Part shown: piece after piece, positions 26,088 through 31,611 of the stretch
How positions within the stretch are numbered: the first letter of the stretch is position 1
How the letters are laid out: the number at the start of each line of letters is the position of its first letter
Assembly: GCA_048624455.1 (NCBI GenBank)
Contig: JBMCSP010000001.1
Span: forward strand, 1-31,611
Length of the DNA: 31,611 nucleotides
Origin: Nanobdellota archaeon
Lineage (GTDB): Archaea; Nanobdellota; Nanobdellia; Woesearchaeales; CAZJJJ01
Direction of reading: 5' to 3'
Notes under the pieces: generated by a model
The model's database searches: none
What the model saw: only the letters and a program-made list of their open reading frames with translations
What the model was told of the DNA's origin: nothing
Position numbers and translations under genes: made by a program

Positions 26088-26755
26088 ATGCAGAAAACAT
26101 CATCCTCGGAGTCGATATAGACAACACGCTTCTTAAGCAGGTGCATCATTTTCTCTCCTACATCAAAGAGCATATAGATCCAAGCTTCACGTATGAGCGA
26201 TGGAACAAATGGGATGTGCTTGACCATTTTCCTGAACACCATGAAAAGCTCATCGGTTTTCTGAAAAGCTATTTCTCTCCTGAAAACAGGCCCAACATGG
26301 TGATCATGGATCATGCCGCTGAATTTCTCTCTCATTTCAACAAAGAAAATATCTATTATATCACGGCGCGAAGCACATTCCTCTTCAAAGATCCTGTCGG
26401 AGAGACTGAAGAGCTTCTTGAGCTTCTTGGCGCTCCGCTCGCAGACGATCATCTCCTCCTGCAGAGGAACCCTGCCTCGGGTGTAAAAAAATGCAAATCG
26501 ATCATCGCAAAAGAGAACCATGTCGATCTTTTCCTTGAAGACAATCCCGAGAATGCAAAAAAGATTGCGACATACTGTCCTGTCCTTCTCATAGATTATC
26601 CATTCAACAGGCATATGAAGGAAAGCAACATCATCCGGATAGGAGCATTTGATGACACTACAGGCGAATGGAAAAAGAATCCTTGGAAGGATGCTCTTGA
26701 GATGCTTGATTCGGGAAAACTGCAAAGGATCATCGGCAGTGCACGATTGGGATGA
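26084..26755 (+). CDS. HAD-superfamily hydrolase, 5'(3')-deoxyribonucleotidase-like
   Basis: Motif I GVDIDNTL, motif II YITAR and motif [10 protein letters not shown]; ATGA overlap with gyrA. Confidence 0.75.
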   Translation: MNAENIILGVDIDNTLLKQVHHFLSYIKEHIDPSFTYERWNKWDVLDHFPEHHEKLIGFLKSYFSPENRPNMVIMDHAAEFLSHFNKENIYYITARSTFLFKDPVGETEELLELLGAPLADDHLLLQRNPASGVKKCKSIIAKENHVDLFLEDNPENAKKIATYCPVLLIDYPFNRHMKESNIIRIGAFDDTTGEWKKNPWKDALEMLDSGKLQRIIGSARLG

Positions 26756-26802
26756 CTTTGCTTGAATAAGATTTATATACCCATAGGCTGTAAAGACAAC
26801 CG

Positions 26803-29589
26803 ATGGCGCTCGATAAGATTCTCACGCTCGAAGACGATTCGAAACTGCATAAGGTATCGTACAAAGAACTCTTCTCACAACTCGGTTCTGACGACCAAGG
26901 CCTTCCTGACAAGGAGGTAAGGGAACGCTTGAAACAGTGCGGGCCAAACAAGCTCTCTGAAGAGGAGAAGACACCCTACATCATCCAATTCCTGCTCCAG
27001 TTCAAGAATTTCTTCTCCATCCTTCTCCTGATAGGTTCTGCTCTCTCGTTCATCAGCGAATGGGTCTATCCTGACCAGGGCTCCATCTATATCGCATGGG
27101 CGCTTCTCGGCGTCACGCTGCTGAACGCTATCTTTACGTTCCTGCAGGAGTTCAAGGCAGAGCAGGCGATGGAATCGTTCAAGAATCTCATGACCACAAA
27201 AGTCATCGTGATACGCGACAGGAAAGAAGTCGAGATAGATTCAGAGAATCTGGTTCCCGGCGACATCGTCGTGCTCAATGAGGGAGACAAGATATCTACG
27301 GACGCGCGGCTCCTTGAGGTCAATAACCTGAAGGTCGACCATTCTTCGCTTACTGGAGAGAGCGAACCCCAGCTCAGGTCGCTTGATCCGACAAACGAGA
27401 AACCGATATTGAGCAGGAACATGGTCTTCAGCGGGACGCTTGTGCAGAGCGGTTCGGGAAAAGCGGTCGTCATCACGACAGGAGATAACACAAGGATCGG
27501 AAAGATCGCCAAGCTCACGAGAGACTATGAGAATACAGAGTCCCATATGCAAAAGGAGATCACCCATTTCATCAAGGTCATCTCATACATCGCTATTGCT
27601 CTGGGCATCTCGTTCTTCGGCCTTGGCTTCCTTGTCGGAAACACCGTCTGGATCAATCTTGTCTTTGCGATAGGTATCATCGTAGCGAACGTGCCAGAAG
27701 GTCTTCTTCCGACGGTCACGCTCACCTTGTCAATCGCTGCGCAGAAGATGGCGAAGAAGAATGCGCTCGTCAAGAACATGGACGCCATAGAGACACTTGG
27801 AAGCCTCACCGTCATCTGCTCTGATAAGACAGGGACACTCACACAGAACAAGCTCAGCGTCAATTCATTCTATATGAACGATACGCTCTACCATTTCGAT
27901 GACTCCACCAAGTCAGTCCTCATCGACGGCAGGAAGCAGACGCCTGAAACGATCAGAGGATTTGAGGAAATGGCGCAGATCCTCTCTGCCTGCAACAATA
28001 GCGTGTTTGACCACAAGACAAAGAAGTCCCATGGCGATCCGACCGAGATCAGCCTGCACCAGTTCTTCAGCAATTTCATAAGATCAAAGTTCACGTTTGT
28101 CGATCTGAAACGAAATCATGAGATACCGTTCGACTCTTCAAAAAAATACATGGTCACCGCGAATGTCGTCAATAAGAAGCAGAAGGCATTCCTCAAGGGA
28201 GCTCCTGAAGCGGTCGTGCTCCATAAATGCTCAAAGGTCTTCAAGAACGGACGCATCGTGAAGATGACGCCCAAACTTAAGAAAGAGATCCTGCAGAAGA
28301 ACAAGGAGTTCTCCTCAAAAGGGTTCAGGGTCCTCGCCTACGCTGCGAAAGATATCAGCTCAAAGTCTAAAGCTCAGTATGAGAAGGATCTTGAGAAGGG
28401 AGACTATGTGTACTATGGTCTTATTATCCTCTATGATCCTCCGCGGCCGGAGGTCAAGGAAGCTGTCCGGCAATGCCATGAGGCCGGCATCAGGATCGTC
28501 GTCATCTCGGGAGACCAGGGCAATACCGTCCAGAATATCGCTGAAGAGGTCGGCATCGTTCAGACAGGAAATCCGAAAGTTGTCACAAGCGACGAGCTCA
28601 AGAAGATGACCGACAAGCAGCTCAGAAAACTCGTCAAGGAGAAAGAGCTTATCTTTGCGCGTTCCCTTCCAGAAGACAAGCTTAGGATCGTCAAGGCGCT
28701 GCAGGATGAGAAAGAGATCGTCGCTGTCACTGGTGATGGTGTCAACGATGCTCCTGCGCTCAAGCGTGCAGATGTCGGTGTCTCGATGGGGAAGGTAGGA
28801 ACAGAGGTCGCCAAGGAGGCGTCTGACGTTGTCCTGCTCGATGATAATTTCGCGACGATCGTCGAAGCGATCAAGCAAGGGCGTACTGTCTATGATAATA
28901 TCCAGAGCTTCATCATCTATATCCTGACAAGCAACATTCCCGAAATCGTTCCATTTCTCTTATTCGTCTTACTTGCTCCGATCAACTGGCCGCTGGCGTT
29001 GCCGGTGTTATTGATCCTTGCGATCGACCTCGGTACCGACATGCTTCCGGCAATCTCGCTCGGCCAGGAGCCTCCTGCTCCTGATGTCATGACACGCCCA
29101 CCCCGTAATCCTAAAGCCAAGCTCTGCAATACAAGGATGGTGCTTCGTTCCTACGGATTCCAGGGACCGCTCGAGACGATCTTTGGTTATGTCGTGTTCT
29201 TCGCGATACTTTTCCAAGGCGGTTGGAGCTTTGCACAGGCAGTCCCTGCTGCACGTGATCCGCTGTACATGAGCGCAGTTGCGGGATTCTTCTCGACAAT
29301 CGTCGTGTTCCAGATCTTCAACCTTTTCGCCTGCAGGACAGCGAATGAGTCCATCTTCAAGGCAGGTCTCTTCAAGAACAAGACAGCGATCATAGGCATC
29401 TGCACCGAAGTTGCTCTGCTGCTTGCCATTGTCTTGTTCCCTCCCGCTGAAATGGTCTTTGGCACGGCGCCGTTCCCGCTCGAGTATGTCCCTCTGATGG
29501 TCGTCGGCGGCTTTGCGTTGCTGATGCTGGAAGAGCTCAGAAAGTACCTGTACAGGAAGTATGGCATCCTCAAGATCAGGAGCGAATGA
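26803..29589 (+). CDS. P-type ATPase, type IIC (Na,K/H,K-ATPase alpha-like)
   Basis: DKTGTLT, TGES, KGAPE and GDGVNDAP; P2C-type TM4 GIIVANVPEGLLPTVT, TM5 YILTSNIPEI and TM6 ILAIDLGTDMLPAISL. Confidence 0.9.
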   Translation: MALDKILTLEDDSKLHKVSYKELFSQLGSDDQGLPDKEVRERLKQCGPNKLSEEEKTPYIIQFLLQFKNFFSILLLIGSALSFISEWVYPDQGSIYIAWALLGVTLLNAIFTFLQEFKAEQAMESFKNLMTTKVIVIRDRKEVEIDSENLVPGDIVVLNEGDKISTDARLLEVNNLKVDHSSLTGESEPQLRSLDPTNEKPILSRNMVFSGTLVQSGSGKAVVITTGDNTRIGKIAKLTRDYENTESHMQKEITHFIKVISYIAIALGISFFGLGFLVGNTVWINLVFAIGIIVANVPEGLLPTVTLTLSIAAQKMAKKNALVKNMDAIETLGSLTVICSDKTGTLTQNKLSVNSFYMNDTLYHFDDSTKSVLIDGRKQTPETIRGFEEMAQILSACNNSVFDHKTKKSHGDPTEISLHQFFSNFIRSKFTFVDLKRNHEIPFDSSKKYMVTANVVNKKQKAFLKGAPEAVVLHKCSKVFKNGRIVKMTPKLKKEILQKNKEFSSKGFRVLAYAAKDISSKSKAQYEKDLEKGDYVYYGLIILYDPPRPEVKEAVRQCHEAGIRIVVISGDQGNTVQNIAEEVGIVQTGNPKVVTSDELKKMTDKQLRKLVKEKELIFARSLPEDKLRIVKALQDEKEIVAVTGDGVNDAPALKRADVGVSMGKVGTEVAKEASDVVLLDDNFATIVEAIKQGRTVYDNIQSFIIYILTSNIPEIVPFLLFVLLAPINWPLALPVLLILAIDLGTDMLPAISLGQEPPAPDVMTRPPRNPKAKLCNTRMVLRSYGFQGPLETIFGYVVFFAILFQGGWSFAQAVPAARDPLYMSAVAGFFSTIVVFQIFNLFACRTANESIFKAGLFKNKTAIIGICTEVALLLAIVLFPPAEMVFGTAPFPLEYVPLMVVGGFALLMLEELRKYLYRKYGILKIRSE

Positions 29590-29715
29590 TGATGAGAAAA
29601 CTCGTCATTGTTGTTTTGTTTCTTTTTTATTTTTCTTTAGTGTCCTGCATCGTAAGTGATTGTTGCAAGAAGTTATGATTATGTCTTGGACAAGAAGTGA
29701 GAATAACGCGCGATG

Positions 29716-29740
29716 GCTATGAAATAGCCCTGCTCGGATT
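29716..29740 (-). repeat. Degenerate direct repeat of the tRNA-Gln 3' end (att-like)
   Basis: gctatgaaatagccctgctcggatt versus gctatgaagtagccccgcgcggatt (29810-29834): 22 of 25 identical, covering the T-loop to beyond the discriminator. Confidence 0.75.
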
Positions 29741-29818
29741 ATTTTACTTGCAGAGGGAAATTCCCGAGAAAGCTCGCTTTCGACACGGACGTTCGAAGAC
29801 AAGCGAGGTGCTATGAAG

Positions 29819-29891
29819 TAGCCCCGCGCGGATTCGAACCGCGGTCCCCGGATCCAGAGTCCGAGATGATTGGCCACTACACTACGGGGCT
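29819..29891 (-). tRNA. trnQ: tRNA-Gln(CTG), no intron, CCA not encoded
   Basis: Acceptor AGCCCCG/CGGGGCT (A1-U72), anticodon arm TCGGA-CTCTGGA-TCCGG, T-arm CGCGG-TTCGAAT-CCGCG. Confidence 0.96.
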
Positions 29892-29969
29892 GTTTTGTTT
29901 ATGCAAAGATTCCCTTGGGCTTGACCGAAGGGAAACCCAGTCGGTGCGAATGGACGAAACCACTCCTAG

Positions 29970-29981
29970 CACTACGGGCTG
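29970..29981 (-). repeat. Partial copy of the tRNA-Gln 5' end
   Basis: Minus strand CAGCCCGTAGTG(CTAGGA)GTGG versus the tRNA start CAGCCCCGTAGTG(TA)GTGG. Confidence 0.6.
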
Positions 29982-30216
29982 TATTGTCTAACCAAATTGG
30001 TTGTTTTTAACCAACTGAAAGAATTCTGTCTTCTTTTTAAAGGTTTTCACTTCTTGTCGAGCATCTTCTGACCTTTGTGCATATATCTTTTCTAAGGTTG
30101 CTGTATTCCCGAGGCCCGAAGGGTCATCCCTTGCGACCTGGGAAACCCCGGCGAAGACTTTCATGTGCTTCTTAAGAACGTCAGACTGATGATGCTCGTC
30201 AAGTCGAATATGTCAA

Positions 30217-30723
30217 TCATTCAATCTTGGTGGTGTTGAGGTACTGGCGGATATGGTTGTAGAGCTCGGTGATGTGATTGTTGAGCTCTTTTGTATACTT
30301 GTCGAAGATAAACTTAAAGACGAACTTGTCCATTATAGTCCTGATAAAGAACCAGTGCGCTTTATTCTCCCATCGCCCCCAATAGTCGCTCAGGATGAAT
30401 CCTGTAAAATTGATCTCCAGGTCTCCCTCATCAACCTCCACCTTCTTTCCTTTGTACTCGATTTTTGTCTTCTTGAGATTCATGTAGGTGATATTCATTC
30501 CCAGCTGCAGTTCCAAATAATCAGAGACCTTAGCCTTAGGCAGATAGTCTATCTCGACCTGCTTGCTGGTCTTGGTGTTCTTCTCAGTATGATTCCTCTC
30601 GATCCAGTCATCGTAGCCATGGTCCATTACCCATTCCTTGATGAGCTTGTAGAGCTCCTTGCCGTCAAAAAGGCCAGAGTAGCTCAATGTCCTCTCCGGA
30701 ACCACTGTCCTTCTTTCTGCCAT
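30217..30723 (-). CDS. Uncharacterised protein, tandem paralog B
   Basis: YSGLFDGKELYKLIKEWVMDHGYDDWIERNH; colinear with the upstream ORF. Confidence 0.85.
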   Translation of the reverse strand: MAERRTVVPERTLSYSGLFDGKELYKLIKEWVMDHGYDDWIERNHTEKNTKTSKQVEIDYLPKAKVSDYLELQLGMNITYMNLKKTKIEYKGKKVEVDEGDLEINFTGFILSDYWGRWENKAHWFFIRTIMDKFVFKFIFDKYTKELNNHITELYNHIRQYLNTTKIE

Positions 30724-30729
30724 CGTCTA

Positions 30730-31209
30730 TCAGTATGCGGCAACCATGCCGAGGTAGGAATTGGTCTTGTCGCGCAGTTCTGCAACTTCTCCTATCAATG
30801 TACCTGCATGCTTGACCATCCATTCTTTCTTTGTTACTGTCTCATAGAACGTTTTGAGCTTCGCCTGCACTTTGCTTTTCTTCGTATCCCATACGCCCTG
30901 GAAATCCCTTTTGACGTCTCCGTCGAAGACGATAGTGAACCGTCCTTCAGTCATCTTGCGTCCATCTACCTCTATCTGCTTGAGATCATAGAAATGAAAC
31001 TCGAGCTTGATGTCGTATCGCTCGTAGGGTGTGACTTTCTTCTCTCCCTTCCATTTGAGCTCCAGTTCAGGGACTTTCGCCTTGTGCGTCGTTTCAAAGA
31101 AATCGTAGCCTCTGTCGACGATGTATGCGTGCATCATCCGAAGCATCCCTTGAAGGTCGAATGTGCCCTTGAACTTGATGATGCCTACCTCGTCAGCGAT
31201 CAATCCCAT
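30730..31209 (-). CDS. Uncharacterised protein, tandem paralog A
   Basis: FKGTFDLQGMLRMMHAYIVDRGYDFFETTH; shares the G-x-F-D...D-x-G-Y-D...E...H pattern with 30217..30723. Confidence 0.85.
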   Translation of the reverse strand: MGLIADEVGIIKFKGTFDLQGMLRMMHAYIVDRGYDFFETTHKAKVPELELKWKGEKKVTPYERYDIKLEFHFYDLKQIEVDGRKMTEGRFTIVFDGDVKRDFQGVWDTKKSKVQAKLKTFYETVTKKEWMVKHAGTLIGEVAELRDKTNSYLGMVAAY

Positions 31210-31244
31210 AGAGCTGAAAAGGTTTGGGAGATATTTAATAGTTT

Positions 31245-31611
31245 CTATGGCAGATCCTCGATCTGCATGAGGTGGATGCCCTTGTACAGGTTTTCCAGAT
31301 ACGTGGTCTCAGCATAGATAGGAGAGAGCGTGATGTTGCGCTGCGTCCGGGCGATGACATCGGCGAAGAGCACGCTTGTCGGGATGAAGAGTATGTCAAG
31401 ATCAGCTTCTATGATGCGCTCTTTCTTCTCTTCAGAAAGCTTGATGGAATCAGTCAGGATGATCCTGTCGATGATACCTTCATCATGGGCCGTTTTCAGC
31501 CTCTCTATGGCTGGATCGTTCAGGTATCCGTGGGTGGCAAAGACATCGATGCCTGTCGCACCGCGTTCTTTCATGACCCTTGCAGATTTGATGAGCGTGC
31601 CTGCCGTGTAG
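31245..31611 (-). CDS. prs: Ribose-phosphate pyrophosphokinase-like (PRPP synthetase), C-terminal part, 5'-truncated by the window edge
   Basis: The frame is open to the window end: YTAGTLIKSARVMKERGATGIDVFATHG...IILTDSI...LFADVI. Confidence 0.8.
   Translation of the reverse strand, partial: YTAGTLIKSARVMKERGATGIDVFATHGYLNDPAIERLKTAHDEGIIDRIILTDSIKLSEEKKERIIEADLDILFIPTSVLFADVIARTQRNITLSPIYAETTYLENLYKGIHLMQIEDLP

Larger units (their letters stand above)
29689..30058. repeat. Inverted repeat pair (29689-29703 / 30044-30058) enclosing the tRNA-Gln region
   Basis: GACAAGAAGTGA at 29689-29700 and its exact reverse complement TCACTTCTTGTC at 30047-30058, extending to 14 of 15 matches. Confidence 0.6.

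Noticed and set aside
23954-26725. Several long minus-strand ORFs over gyrA and the HAD gene
   Set aside because: Shadow ORFs of well-supported plus-strand genes.
29605-29877. 90-aa minus-strand ORF
   Set aside because: It reads through tRNA-Gln.
30108-30130. GAGGCCCGAAGGGTCA as SRP RNA helix 8
   Set aside because: It lacks the GNRA tetraloop and the conserved AGCA strand, and no larger SRP fold is evident.
30253-31317. 354-aa plus-strand ORF
   Set aside because: Antisense shadow of the two minus-strand paralogs; it has no motifs and the Leu/Val-rich pattern typical of reverse-complemented coding DNA.
1-31611. CRISPR array, diversity-generating retroelement, transposase or integrase
   Set aside because: No repeat-spacer array, reverse transcriptase motifs, TR/VR pair, or DDE/tyrosine recombinase ORF was found by inspection.

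Overview
Archaeal chromosomal window, most likely from a small-genome DPANN lineage of the Woesearchaeota/Nanoarchaeota type. Archaeal origin rests on PCNA, archaeal RNase J, BRE/TATA promoters, a BHB-intron tRNA-Leu and a tRNA-Gln with an A1-U72 pair; the narrower lineage is my inference. It holds about 35 CDS, two tRNAs and two decayed genes that the ORF track misses. Housekeeping genes are alaX, trxA/trxB, pcn, rnj, radC, scpB, gyrA and a partial prs. Best candidates for new biology: (1) a pore-less voltage-sensor domain fused to an uncharacterised 4-TM domain and translationally coupled to an amino-acid permease; (2) an operon of three proteins sharing one gap-free ~67-aa strand-plus-coiled-coil module, one with a membrane-anchor / Pro-Gln linker / domain layout; (3) a Na,K-ATPase-like (P2C) pump with an altered third ion site; (4) a 66-nt tRNA-Leu(CAA) intron with box C/D motifs; (5) a tRNA-Gln with both ends duplicated ~90 nt away, inside an inverted repeat. 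Also seen: a Lit-like DUF1461 protein, a 7-TM plus winged-helix pair, and a menA-like pseudogene between a quinone reductase and YceI. No CRISPR array, transposase, integrase or reverse transcriptase was seen. All family calls come from motif recognition by eye; no database search was run.
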